A DNA stretch of 64,000 bases. It comes from Camelus ferus. Its lineage: Eukaryota. Positions 26,520-40,415 of this stretch are shown here, piece by piece. Position numbers and translations under genes: made by a program. Each line of letters opens with the position of its first letter. Positions within the stretch are counted from its first letter, which is position 1. The stretch spans positions 57,600,001-57,664,000 of the forward strand of contig NC_045707.1 in the NCBI RefSeq assembly GCF_009834535.1, read 5' to 3'. The notes under the pieces are model-generated. The model saw nothing but the letters and a program-made list of their open reading frames with translations. It had not been told where the DNA came from and made no database searches.

Positions 26520-26800
26520 TTTCTGTCCACAGATGGTACTAATTTGAACACATCATTCCATGCTTCCTGGAATAATCATGCAGCTTGCTTAGATTTTCTA
26601 AACATGACTGAACTGTGATGAAGCAATCAACATTCACTGCCAAGGTATTCTGTACATTACATTTTTATTCATAAATTATTCTTATCAGTGAAATACTTTC
26701 ATAATGGTTGAATTGAAAGTCTGCAGACCTATATGAGTAAAACTTGTTACAGGTTTAAATGCATGTCAGTTTTTAGTGATTATTTACTAGATTCCACTTA
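26520..26800. promoter_or_regulatory. Candidate intronic enhancer (possible Myf5 ECR111 orthologue)
   Basis: Apparently non-repetitive. Clusters E-box CAGATG (26530), TEAD/MCAT CATTCCA (26554), TTCCTGGAA (26564), TAATCA (26573) and paired-type AGTCATGTT on the minus strand (26601-26609). Confidence 0.4.
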
Positions 26801-29800
26801 GAAGATGGAAATGTGTATAAAATATAATTATTCCCTAAACTTCTGAATATCAATTATTAGAAGCTGCCAACCTTTCATGATAGGAATCTGATGATATAGT
26901 CTGTATTAACTTCTCACTGACCTGGTTAAGTATACTAACATGAAAGACTAAGTTTCCTTAATTCTTTATTCATGACTATATATATATTTATCTTCAAGCA
27001 CAGATATACTCTCTTTTAAGCAAAATAGATGTCTGAAAATCTATATTTATAAATTATATTTATACAACCTACAAAAAAATACCAACACAATCTATTTCGT
27101 TTACTAAGAATATTTTTGTCTCTACTTACTTTTAATAAATGACAAAAAACCAAGGTACAAATATATGACCTGAACCTACAAAAATAAAAGTACAGTTTAC
27201 TAACACTAGTGTAATATGGATCAATATAAACATAGAAATTCATGAAAAGTAGGTGCAAAGAAAATTTCGGCAAAGCAGACATGAATTTTGCACTAACTTG
27301 AATTTCATCAGCATCATTTACTGGACATTCCTACTGAGTGGTGTGGGCAAGTTATAAGTATTAGGATATATGCCCTTTTTCTTGCCTCTATGGAAAGTAA
27401 TTTAGCTAACAGAAACTACCGTAAAGAGGTGATGCCAAAAGGAAAGGTCCAGTGGAAGAAGATCTGGGAGGTGTAATCTGAGGGAACAACTGATGATCAG
27501 TAGAGGTGTGGGAGCAGTAATGTCTAAGTAGATTAATACGAGGAGAGAGATATATGTGGTAACAAAATGTTTGTCAAGGACTGGGAAGCACAGCAGATGG
27601 GAGAAGAGAGTCTAAGGAAGTAATAAGAAAAAAAGGGGAGGGCATCAAGTGTGGTGTCCTTGAAAGGCACTGAAAGTGTGAGAGATGAATTTAGATCACT
27701 CCTGCATAACTTAGAGAACTACTGACTGAGATTAATTGGTAAGAAAATCCTGAGCCTCCGTACAGTTATTAGGAAAAGGTAATTTTGATAGAAACTGGTT
27801 AGAGGTTGTATACATGCAGTACAATGGGGAGTACAATGATAACAAAGGATGATTAGGAATCGAGCTAAAAGAATAGGCAGATAATATTGGCAAAATGTGA
27901 TGACTTATTGGGCAGAGATGAAATGGGAGTCAAATAAATGGAACAAACTCAGGAGTTAGGTTAACAGATGGCAAGGACACTTCCTAGAAGTAGGCTATGA
28001 TGTGACTCTGATATGACAGCAAATAATGAAAAGGAAAAAAAACAAGACTGTAACTCTCTGTGAAAATAAAGACAAATTAGATGAACAAGAAAAACTCAAT
28101 AAGCTCTGGTACTGAGATCAAAGATGTATTTCTCTCCCCCAAACCACATAAACAGTACACAACAATGGCCTTACGTAGTAAATACTAAGTATGTCTAACT
28201 TGGCTGTTTCTAGAATGTCTCTCAGTATAGGGAGGAGGCATAATTATCAAACACACTTTTGTAAACCTATTTCTTAAGCTCCTAATTATTCAGTTCAGGT
28301 GTACTTCTCTCTGGCAATCCGGCTTAATCTAGAGACAGATTTTGGAGTAGCTGAAACAAAATTTACCAAAATATACTACATAAACATGATTTTAGGTGAT
28401 ACTACAAAGCTGAGAAATTATTAATATGCCAAATTAAATCATCTTAAAATATTCTATTTGCATGAAAGAGAACTGAGACAATATCTATAAGCAGAACTAA
28501 AGTTTCTGAAAAGAAATTTTAAGCGTCTGCCACAAGTGCATATACAGCAGACAACTGGGGACCCAAAATAATTCTATGGACCACAGCTATAATAGTATTA
28601 ATATTTAAATCAAATATTATTGACAAATAACTTTTTTATAAAATATCTCAGTAAAACTTCTGGAGAAAAAGTCATCTTTTTTGGAGAACACAACAAGGAA
28701 GATGGATTATACATGTTTTATTTGGAGGCAAAGTGAGTTGATTTGTTTTATAGACTCATTAGTTTGACAGCTCTACGTAGCAAGTCATCTCATGAGAATA
28801 TCTATCAAAAATGACAACCTTGATTTGAAAGAGTTTATCAGAAGCAGTTCTTAGGGGAGTAATTATATAGCAGAGTTAATTGTCTATTCAGATCACTCTA
28901 ATACCTGGAGACTAAACTGAACCACTGACTGATGAAGATATGAAAAAGATATACTGGTTAGTGGTGATTTGCTTGAGGATGGATGTGACTAAAGAAAATG
29001 CTAGTTTCATATTAGCATGAATAAAGAGTGATGCCTTGGGAAAAGACGCTTAGGTTAGAATAAGAAGAGGTCAGAAAAAACAATTTGGGATAAATATGTG
29101 TATATATAAGCTTTATAAATTTGCATATAAGCTTTGAAACCATGAGAGTAAATAAACATTTAAGGGGGGTAGAATTTACAGTATCAGAACAGCAGATGAT
29201 GAAAAAAATTGCCTATCAAGTCAATAGTTAATTGAGGGTAGATTAGAATAGGAAAAAGAGATCATAAAAAACTCATGTAAGCCAGTCATTTCAGGCATCC
29301 GTTGATACTTAAGAAATATTTGTTTAACAAATAAATGAGTAAGTGAACAAACTAGTGGAGGGACACATGGATGCATGGATGAATACACGGACTTCAAGAA
29401 GACATGTCACCAATGCCATCACTAATGTTGACTGATGAACAAGCGTCAGCAATGCCGATTGTAATCAAACACTACTTAAACCATTCTTTTCTAAGACTGT
29501 GGGTATATAGAAAACCTTGATGATTAAAATAGGAGTCCTGGATCTAAAGTCTGGGGAAAATCTCTATAGACAGAAGAATTTAGATTTGTCAGTGATTCCA
29601 TGAAAGAGAGAGAAAGAGAATAAAAGGAGAGGTGTAAGGAGAAACAACAGAGGAGACAAGATCAAAGGACAGAGTGAGACTGCAGACTCTGTGAAATAAT
29701 GTAGCCAATATAAAAATTCCTGATTGCCCAAACATTTTTAAGAACAAAAACACTGTTTAATTTATATATTAAATATATAAATAGTATATTACTACAATTG

Positions 29801-29959
29801 TAAACTCCTCCTCTATGTACTTACCACAAAATGTTCAGTAAGGCTATTATGCAGAAAACTGCTCAATGTGATGAGAATTGTCAAAATCATGCAAAAAATA
29901 ATTTTGCAGAAGTAATCAAAAATTTATATAAAAATATTCCATTACTCAAACCTAGTAAG

Positions 29960-31400
29960 TTTGGGGCATATGTTCTGATGATACCAGAATAGCTTGTGTC
30001 ACACTAATCCTTCTGCAGGTAACAACCATGACCTCTGTGGGGGAGGGAGGGTGTCAGGGAACCGGATGTAGAATTGCCAAAGCAGCTGAAAAGGGAGAGA
30101 GCCATAAAGGGGTTAGACCCAAATTCTGGGTCAAAACTCCCTAGAAATCCTTGGCTAATCTCTTAATTGTGAAAGTATGAGGGACATACCAAGAATCAAA
30201 GTGGAAAGCAACAGATAAAAAACTTAGTAGAAATTTTAGTTGCTTCCCAATGCAGGGGAGACAAAATTTGGAGTCTGAATCCCACCAAATTAAGGAATTG
30301 GTAAACAGCAGGCTTAAATTTAAAATCCCAGAAGGGCCATACATTTACTTTGCTCTATGTCACAGGACTAAGGTTTTGTACTTCTACAAATAAGGCTGAA
30401 TCCAAAGCCACACATTCACAAAACTATCATTCAGTAATTTAATGGCCTGTTAGAATAAAAGCCAACACCCGTCAAAAGAAGATAACAAAATTCAGAGTTT
30501 CTTTTTTTTTCTTTTTTTCAAAATTCAGAGTTTCTGAAAAACATTACCAACAATGTCCAATATAAGTTTAAAAATTACTAGGCAGGCAGGAAAATTGCTG
30601 ACAGGAAAATATGACTTGTAGTCAGAAGGAAAAGTGTTCAATACAAAGAAATCACAGGGTAACTCAGGTGTAGGAATTAGCAGAAAACTAATTTAAGGAA
30701 GTTATCATAAATATTTCATTTGACATAATGGAAAACACAGTCATAATTAGAAAGCAAATGGGGGAATTTCTGCAGAGAAATGGAAATAAAGAAACAGAAC
30801 TAAAGGGAAATTACAGAATTTAAAAGTATAATATCTGACATGAACAGTTCATTGGATTTGTTTAATACCAGATAAAGATGGCAGAATACAATCAATGAAT
30901 ATTATGTCACATCAGTAGAACTCAGAACTACAGAACAAAGGGAAAGAAGTGAAAAAATTCAATAAAATCTCAACCACTTAAGAGGTATGTAATTAGAATC
31001 TCAGAAGAATAGAAGAGGGCAGGAAAAAAACTTCAAAAAATAATGGCCAAAAATTTCTCAAATTTTGGAAAGATACTAATTTACCAATACAAAAAGCTAA
31101 ATGAACCCACAGCAAAATAAATGCAACAAAAACCACACTAGCCATGTTATTGTCAAGCTGCTTAAATGTAAAGGTAAAGAAAAAAATCTTGAAAGTGTCA
31201 AAAAAAAAAAAAAGTATTTCATACACAAGAGCTAATGATATAAATGGCAGTTGACATCTCCTCAGAAATAATGAGTACTAGAAGACAAAAAAATGACATC
31301 TTTAAAGAGAAAAATATTGGATGGTGGGACTATCTACACAGAATTTTATATCTAGGGGAAAAAAATCCTTCAAAGCTGGAAGCAAAATCTTCACTTTTAA
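29960..31400 (+). mobile_element. Ancient L1M 5' region/ORF1 remnant
   Basis: aaaataatggccaaaaatttctcaaatt…atacaaaaagctaaatgaaccc…aaaggtaaagaaaaaaatcttgaaag corresponds to L1 ORF1 (IMAENFPNL…IQEAQRTP…KDKEKILK) with many disablements. Confidence 0.75.
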
Positions 31401-33189
31401 AAAGTCCTACCTAAAGTAGGCTAATTTAATCAGTAACAAATGTCGGAAAATTGGGCTAGTGATTTTTTTTTAACACACCCTTTAATTGGTAAAGATTTCA
31501 TTATTGTGATCCATATGGAATAATATGTATTACCTTTCTAACACTGCAAATGCTTTTAAAGTAGTAATTCTTCATAATAAGGTATCAAGGCACAGAACTA
31601 GTGAGTAATTCAAGGATGCAGTGAATAATAGGTGGTGATATTTAAACGACAGCGATAGCACTCATATACTAAGAAATGTTACTTAACCTGAATTTTGAAA
31701 GCATTCATCATGTAGTGGCTGCTATTTATTCACGTCTTATATGTATATGATGGCTTCCTCCCATAAGCTGTTCTCTTATACACCATGAAACTTGTAATAT
31801 TTGAAATCCACTATGTTGGGGTTTACAATAATTTGTGCAACCTATTTGTTTAAAACCTTTTCTTTATATTTATACTGCATTGATTTTTTTTAATTGTCTA
31901 AATTAATGTAATATTGTTAATGAAATTTCACTATCATTAAAACTCGTTTATTCCACATTTCAGAGTTTCTACACCATTAATGTTTTTCCCTGAAGTTTAT
32001 AATCTTATAGGAACCACAAGTACATTCCTGAAGCTTTCAAGTAATATGGTTACCAGAGAGAAAGAAAAAAGAAGGGGTTTTGCATGCTCACACACTTGCA
32101 TAATTTACTTAAAAAGGGAAGTAAAAGAGAATAAGGGAAAAAATGAGGTGAGATGGAGAGGGGAGGTTGATATGTAAAGGCTGTTATGAAAAGTATCAGC
32201 TACAGCTGCATAGGACAGGAATGGAAAATAGGGTAATAAGATATGCCCCAGTTCCTAAATAAGTTAATAAAAATGCTGCTTGAAGAACAGCTGGCTTTGG
32301 CTGGAGCTGGACTGAAGAAAAGAGTGGGTGCTGGGAGTCCACTTAATGAAAGGTATTAGAGCATCAATGAGGTCAGGAGAATTATGCAGAGTAACTCAAA
32401 TTCATTTTTTACAGAGGGAACTGCATTTAAAAGGACTTTTAAATTTATAATTTAGAATTTGATATCTAAGACAATTTCATAGTAGCAAACATTACACTTT
32501 GGAACTGATCCAGGATAAAAAATGTGATACGTGTCTAGAAACTATAAAATTTCTCAGAATACCTTCAGTATTTTACAGATCTTATCACATTAACTCATAG
32601 TATTTTTAGTATTATAGGGTAAGCACATAGTTGATAATAGAAATGTAGTTTTCCCAAATTTTAAAACCATATTTGGACAAAAGTATATACATGCTTACAG
32701 CATAAAAATCCCTGCACAAATTAATGAAATTCATGATGGACCTCAATTTCCCCACTCTGCAATGTAGCTATTTAGATACTGTGAAATAATAGAAGAAAAA
32801 TATTTTAATTCCACTAAATGCAAATGAGCTATTGAATTTCTAGGGGAAGGGAAGTATGATAATATAGTTGAAAGAGTTCTGGGCTAGTAAGTGTCCTGCT
32901 AATTATTAAAGCACACTCAGTAGACACTAAACCTCTGGGCTTCATTTCCCATGTTTGCAAAATGAAATGACTAAATGAGGTTGAAATGACTCAATGAGGT
33001 TATCTCAGAAATCCAATGAAGATCTAAAGTTATATAATTCTAAATTTTAAAAGCACAAGAAAAATAATTTTGTTTCATCATAGTCTTCCCAGAAGTTCCT
33101 AGCAGAGTACTTCATATATATTAAATAACTTAGTCTTGAATATATGGTTAAAAAGGGTACCACACATGATATTAACACCCCTGCAAACA

Positions 33190-35320
33190 AACGTCAGGCT
33201 TTGAAGAAAATGGAGTAGATGTATTCTCCCAATTCCTTTCACTAAGTACAAGTAAAACCGCGGACATTAAACATAAAACAGACATAAGAAGGCTTTCAAA
33301 GGGAGAGAAGGCAATGCAACTGAGGTCTTGGGATCCAAGGGATCACGCAGTAGTGAGTTTTCTTTTTGCCTCATTTATTCCAGAAGCCACTGATCTTCAA
33401 CTGCCAGACCAAAAAAGCCTCGGTAAAAACCTGCTCCCTCTAACCACAAACAATACAAAAACAAACAAACAAAAAACCCAAAATAGTGTAGCCTAGCAAG
33501 ACAGAAAACTTTTGGACAGTAACAGCTCTACCCAAAAGCCACAGGAAAAAAGCCGTGGCCTTACCCCCTTCCATGACCACAAATGAAGAAACTAGTCTTC
33601 TGCCTTCACCAGGTGGTAAGGAAGTATCCCAACCACCCCTGATAGAGTGAGGTCAGAGGGGGCAAAAGAGGGAGCCAGAACCGTCACCCTTGCCGCGGGT
33701 AACAAGACCCCTCCACCGGGTCAGTGGGAAACATGGGGGGAGCAGTGAAGAGGCACCCCTGGCCTTCCCCGGGGAAGCCTGGTGGGCGGCCCCCTTTCTC
33801 ATGCTCACCCGGCATCCCCTCCTGGGGCGTCAACAGAGGCCGAGTGGGGAACTTGGATTTCTGCTCACACCTGACAGTGACGGAGGTGCCCTCCTTCTCT
33901 CTGCCAGAGTGGTATCAATGGAAACCCTCACAAATTTAATATCCTTAATAGTTCCAGGGCTGTTCGAGTTAACTATTTCATATTAGGTGAGTGTGATAGT
34001 TGTGCTTCAAAGAAAAAGTTCATTTCATCTAAGGTATAAAACTGTAGGTATTATTTATTATCCCTTTGACGTCTGCAGTGTCTCTAGTGGGTTTTTTATT
34101 CCTAAATACTAGTAATTTGTGACTTCCTTCTTTTTCGGCTCACTAGAAGTTCGTCAATTTTATCTTTTCAAAGAACCATCTCATTGTTTAATTGATTTTT
34201 CCTACTTTTTTTTTCCAATTTCATTGATTTCTCCTCTTATTTTTATTAGTTCACTTCCTTCAGTGTATCTTCCTTTTCTTTTTCTAGACTCTTGTGGAGG
34301 GGAGGAGCCTAGATTATCGATCTGAACTGTTTCCTCTTTCCCAGTGTATGCATTCAGTGCTATAAATTTCCCTCCCTTCATGATTTTAACTGTTTCACAC
34401 AATTTGATATATTGTATTTTCATTTTGTATCAACTTATTTCAAAACATTTTACTTTACTATATTTCTTTATTTCTCTTAAGACCTTCTTTTTGACAGATG
34501 TATTATTTAGAAGTAGCACATTTTACAACTGATTTGACATCACACTTCAGCTCCAACTTTGCATCCTGAGAGTGTTAAAAATAGTTTTAAAACTCCCCAA
34601 AAAGAGATCTCCAGACCCAGAGAGTTTCATGGAAAACTCTACCAAATGCTTAAAGAAGAATTAACTACAATTCTACACAGTCTCTTCCAGGAATTAGAAG
34701 AGATTCATATTTTAAAGCTAGTATTCCCTAATACTGAAACTAGACAAAGAGAGTGAAAAAAAAAATCCACAAAACTACAGACCAATATCCTTCACAAATA
34801 TAGATGCAAAAATCCTTAACAAATGATGAGCAAATAGCAATCAGTAATATATAAAAGGAAGTACATCATGATCAAAAATGGGTTGAATTCCAGAGACCAA
34901 ATGCTTGTTCCTATTAGAAAATCAATCAATGTAATCTACATATTAACAAGCTAAAAAAGGAAATCACATGAACCTGTAAGTGCAAAAAAAATTTATAAAA
35001 CATTCTTGAAATGACAGCATTACAGAAAATGGAGAACAAATTAGTGGTCGTCAGAGGGTTAAGGCGAGGGGCGGTGCAAGGTAGGTGGGCAGGAATTGGG
35101 TGTGGCCACAAAAAGGCTACATGAGGAATTATTCTCATTGAAATATTCTCTATAATGAATGCACTGATATAAATATGGTGGTTGTGATATTGTACTATAG
35201 TTTTATACAATGTTCCCAGTGGGAGAAACTAGATAAAAGGAACACAGGATTTTTCTATTATGTCTTATATCTGCATGTGAATCTACAACTATCTCAAAAT
35301 AAAAAGCTTAATTAAAAAAT
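33190..35320 (+). mobile_element. Rearranged ancient L1MC-like element: 5'UTR(+), inverted ORF2 block, ORF2(+), 3'UTR(+)
   Basis: Minus-strand ORF 34202..34423 GKFIALNAY…LIKIRGEINEI; plus-strand ORF 34559..34756 FHGKLYQMLKEELTTILHSLFQ, then NYRPISFTNIDAKILNK. 3' end gaatctacaactatctcaaaataaaaag. Confidence 0.8.
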
Positions 35321-35461
35321 ACCCCAGAAGACATGCCTTTCTTAGATTTTACCACATGATTGTCTAAAGCTAAGTTTGTGGATGAAAGTTTCTACTTAAG
35401 GCACCTAAAATATGCATATTGAGTGTTCATGGTGTGTCCATCACTATCTAGGCCTGTATAC

Positions 35462-35775
35462 TGAATGATTCATTCATTCATTCTGTCATAATATATTTAC
35501 TGAGCATCACTATGCCAGACACATTTCTAGCCACTGAAATAGGTGTGAGCGATACAGAAAAATCCCTGTTCTCATGGAGCACGCATTGCAACGAGGACAG
35601 ATCCACAGACAATAACACAATAGAGAAAAGCAAAGCAGGAAAGAGGGACAGAAAATTCCAGCTGGGAGGAGGTTCAATAATAAGTAAGTCAGATCCTCTA
35701 TGAAGAGGTGGCATTTGAGGACAAATGTCAAAAGATGAAGGAAGAGACACCTACATTACTAGGGAACAGAATGCT
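35462..35775 (-). mobile_element. L2 3' fragment
   Basis: attcattcattcattc…tatttactgagcatcactatgccagac…cctctatgaagaggtggcatttgag. Confidence 0.75.
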
Positions 35776-38700
35776 GGGTTGAAAAAAGCCTTATTATGGG
35801 CCTTTAAACTGACTGTGAATTTTATTCTTTATGACTTGGGAGATTCAGTAAATTTTTAATGAACAAATCCTTTTCCATCTAAAGAGATTACTGCAGTGTT
35901 TTAGGAAAATGGCCAAAAAAAAAATCACTATTTTCATAGTTACTTACATTGCTTCCTACTCTAAATTTATCATAGTTCCCAATTTTCCTGATATTATATT
36001 CAAACTTCCGCTACAATTACACAAAGCAGAGTAAGGTCTACTTTGATTATCCCATCTCACCTCCTATACTCTTTTCAATTATAACACCTACACTAGTCAG
36101 GTTTCCATCTCAGCCTGACCCCTTGTATTACATACCTTTATTCTACTCTGTGTTTCCCTTGCTGTATCTTGGAATCCCTATTTACTCCTCTCCATCAATC
36201 TCACTATGCTCATGAATAGTGATGGGGCCAGAGAGTGGCTCACCATGAGTGCTTCAGCATACCCAGAATCTTCAGATATCCCAACCCCACCATCTAAGAT
36301 GGCTCAAATAAAGAGAAGAATGTTCTTTGATATGTGCAACTGACATTTTCTCCTAGCATACTGAGCAACAGCAAAAAAGAATATTTTGAAAACTTGGCTA
36401 TTTTACTGATCTAGCTCAGATAATCTAAATAAACATTAGTGTAACTATGAAATTCAAACTAGAGCAATATTTTCTAATTACTGAGTCTAAGCTTCTCCTA
36501 TAAAGCAATTCTGAAGCTACCAATGAACATCACCCAATTCATACTCCACTTCTTCAACACAGCCTTCAATAAAGTGCATTTCTCCTGAACTGCTATTTGA
36601 TTTCACCTCCAATCCACACAATTGACTAACATATTTATGTAGGTTTGTGTTTAATTGCTTTATAATGATTAGATATGTCTTTATAATAACAGTGAAGTTA
36701 CTTGGAGGCACAGAGCCAAGACCACTAAGGTCATTTGGGATTCAAACTTGGGTCTTGATCCCCAAACACAGAGCCTGGACATACTAAGCATTAAATAGTA
36801 TATATTCGTTAAATGTCCACCACACCACAGGTATATAAAAGAAACTTCTCATCTGATGGTCACTCAGTATTATATTTAATATTTAAGTTGGTATGAAATA
36901 TATTTTGTGAGCCACATCAGTGGGATGCAGACAAAGGAAAAAGGTAGAACTTTTGAATCAGTACATTAATTTGCAACCTTGAGAAACACTTTGAACCACC
37001 CACATTCAATCTAGTAAATGATACTTTTAAGAATGGTCTGAGTTCTTATAAATGATAGAAATATTTTACTTTTTAAGAAGTTGGTAAATGGAAATCAGAT
37101 TTAGTCAGAATCACACCTTGCCCTGTAATCTCTGCACTGCGCAGAGAAGCCCACAAAATAGGGATCCAAATAAAGTACATATCAAATACATTTCTTTAAT
37201 AGTTCTTAGGGGAATGGTGGTCGTGGCTTTGCAGAAGGGGATTAAGAGTTGACATATATGCTATCAAACTATACAGGGATATCTGAAAGAACCAACAGCA
37301 GAAGGGGGAAAAAAACAACAGGGAAATTAAGCACACTCATTCAATCCTGAGCCATTAACATATTTGTGAGCTCAGTGGACTTCCCAGGGGTTCCTTCAGG
37401 TGCCTGATACCTCCTCTGGGACAAAAAGCTAATAAAGAAATCACTGCCGAAAAGAACACTCCTAAAAACCACGACTGCATTCTTCACTCTCCCTCAATTA
37501 AGTGCTGGGCACCCAAGACATACAGTGTATTTCCCTCTTTTGATTCTAAGTGACAGAACTTGGAAGAGCTTTAAATAAATCCAAAGTGTAAAATTATCTT
37601 CCAGAAAAAAGGAGTAAGTTTTCAAACTCAATACTAAATCACCACATTTACTAAGATTTGAAAATATGAATAAATACATGCATTTTGAACTCATTTGAGA
37701 TTATAAAAGTTGTCTTGCCTGTACATGAACTTTCTATAATATTTTTACTGGCAGGTATAATGTATTTGGACAAAAAATGCCGTTAAAATGACCATGTTTG
37801 GGGGCCTTTACCTATATTTGCCCTATTCCAATGTATTTGTGACAATAGAACCAATTGAGACCCCAAACACTAATCTCCTCATAAATTCAATCATCAATAT
37901 GCATGTTTAACTGTGCCCAGATATGACCAAGTTTACACTGAGAAAAATATCCAATAATCCCCGAAAGGAGTGCTAAGGTCAGACACCAGGCAGTAAGGGA
38001 GGGAGCTCAATTTGATTTCACTTTATGTCCAAAACAAGTACAGAGTCAGCGACTCAGAGCTGACTTTACACTGTGACTAATCTTAGACCACCATAAATTA
38101 GAAGTTTGCAACAGCTATAAAACTGCTTCCATTCTTAACAGTGAATTTCCAGGTCTTACTCATATCTCATCAACAGACAATTCACGTGAACCCAGATAAA
38201 AGCAAAGTACTTACCTAATAAATACTGTAACCATAAATATAATTACCTACTAGACCTGCAAGCTAATTTTAAAGAGAAGGAAATTATTTCAGTAGTTCTG
38301 AAGCAGCAATTAATACTCATGTTTTCTTCGATGACCCTCCTTAACTGAGAAAACTTTTCCATTTGCCTAGAGAAAATATCTATAAATTTTGCCTGAGGGA
38401 AATGTGGAAATAAGATATTGCAGTGGAATTAAACCCTTATGAAAAATTACGAATTTCATGAGACAACAAATCATTTCTCTCTTCTACAAAAATTTCAGTG
38501 CCTAGAATGCCCAAGCCTCTCCGCTAGGAACTGTGAGCACAAGAAAATAAATAAGACACAGTCCCCACAAACAGAGAGTTTACAGTGGAATAGAGTGGTT
38601 CTCAAAAGTCAGTACTGTCTCACCCACATATTTTCTTTAAGTGAAGATTTGTGAGTCGTATTTTCCAAGTCCTGATTCCTTCGGTCTGGAGCAGGACCTC

Positions 38701-40368
38701 AGGGATGTATATTCTCATGCAGGGAGTCAGAAGTCCAAACTTTGAGAAACATTTGTCTTTAGCAGTGAGGGAGTACACAATACATACTGAAATACGTCTA
38801 AATCTGCCTAATTCATTGATTTAGAATCCCTTCAGCCTTCACTCATGTGGTCTTTTAATCCTGAGTTAAGATCTAATTCAAATCCTTAATTAAAGGATTT
38901 TTTCCCCCACAACCTGTACCTCAAGTTCAGGTGGTTCTATATCAAGTACATATCACTACTTTGATTATGTGTCTCAGTTCTACTAACTGAACTTCTGCTT
39001 CATGCCCGTGACTCTGCAGTCACCCTGAGTACAAGTGGACTCATTATGAATGAGTCTGCCTTGTTTTCTGAGTCCTGATCCTCTCACTTATCTCAGAATT
39101 ACTGCCCTGTCTTTTGTTCCCAGCTCTCTAAGGTTTAGCACCCATCCAACGATCACGACCATTTTACCTGGTACTAGACCACCCTGATGCAGACCACCTG
39201 CCTGGATTTGAACATATTTCCTTCTCTCAGACTCTGTGTAGCTATGATCTGCTGCCCACCCACCGGGGAAACACCTGTTTCTCTTTTCAGGACCCGTGTG
39301 ACACTGTTTGCCTGTCCTCACTGCTACATATCACCTACCATCAAAATGCCTGGGAATCTTGTCCAGTACCTCCCCAATCACAGAGTGTCACATCACCTGC
39401 AGAGACGCCCAAAAGTACAGGTTCTTGGGCTTCACCTCTTTAGGCTATGATTCAGCAAATCTAGGGTGAAGTCCAGGAATCGGTAGTTTTAATGCTTAGC
39501 ATGTCACTGAAGACACAAACACACAGACACACACACACATTTAAGCTGGGCTTTTAAGAATGAATACAATTTTGTGTGACATAGAAAGGGAGAAGGACAA
39601 TATAGCCACACGAAGCAAAGCCATCAGATGGGGAAAAAGTATTGTTTATGTTTAAAGAAGAGAATTAAATCCATTATTAGCCCCCATAGCAGATGTTTAA
39701 TAGGTGAAACTGATGTGTGAATAAATGAAGTCTGGCTAGAGGTATCAGCTATGTGAAGAGATGGAGTGGGGGAATGTAAGAATGAAAAGCTATAAAGTCA
39801 GATTCTAATTGGTGATGAATTCTGGGTTGTAATATGTACACAATGAGAATAAGTAAAACATTTGGAATATTCTGGGCCATCTCCTATACACAGAGCCTTT
39901 ATTATCACTTCTATGCTTCGGATACCTAAATCTGCATGTCATATTCTTACTTTTCAGACAATAAACTTCACCTGCCAACACATATATGCTCTAAATTGTA
40001 CGTTAGGGCCAATTCAATCCAAGTAAGAGGTGGGGAGATGGGACGGATGGGTAGGCAGGATGGGAATGGGTGATAAGGCCGCTTTCGGGTACTATTACAG
40101 GAAGCAACAAGTCTGATATAAAATGGGGGCAGTCACATTAAAGGAGGAGCAAACTGCACAGCCGTGGCAGGGACTGAATTGAAGGTCTGATTAAATGTAG
40201 AAGAGACGGGAGAAGGTATCACATAAAAATATGTGGCTTGGTCTCCAACCGATTATAAAGAACAAGCATAGAAAAGTAAGGAAGAGAAGGAGAATCTATG
40301 TAACAGAAACGCCATTTTAAATACATTTAGGGTTGATACACCAACCAGGTTCCCAGTTGAAATTTTCT

Positions 40369-40371
<3 letters not shown>

Positions 40372-40412
<41 letters not shown>
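40372..40412. repeat. (TG)20 microsatellite
   Basis: Perfect dinucleotide run read directly. Confidence 0.97.

Positions 40413-40415
<3 letters not shown>

Noticed and set aside
32963..33001. 19-nt tandem duplication tgaaatgact(a/c)aatgaggt
   Set aside because: Ordinary micro-duplication within MIR-like sequence.
33680..33910. GC/CpG-richer patch as an internal PTPRQ promoter
   Set aside because: Explained by the 5'UTR of the ancient L1; too short and CpG-poor for an island.
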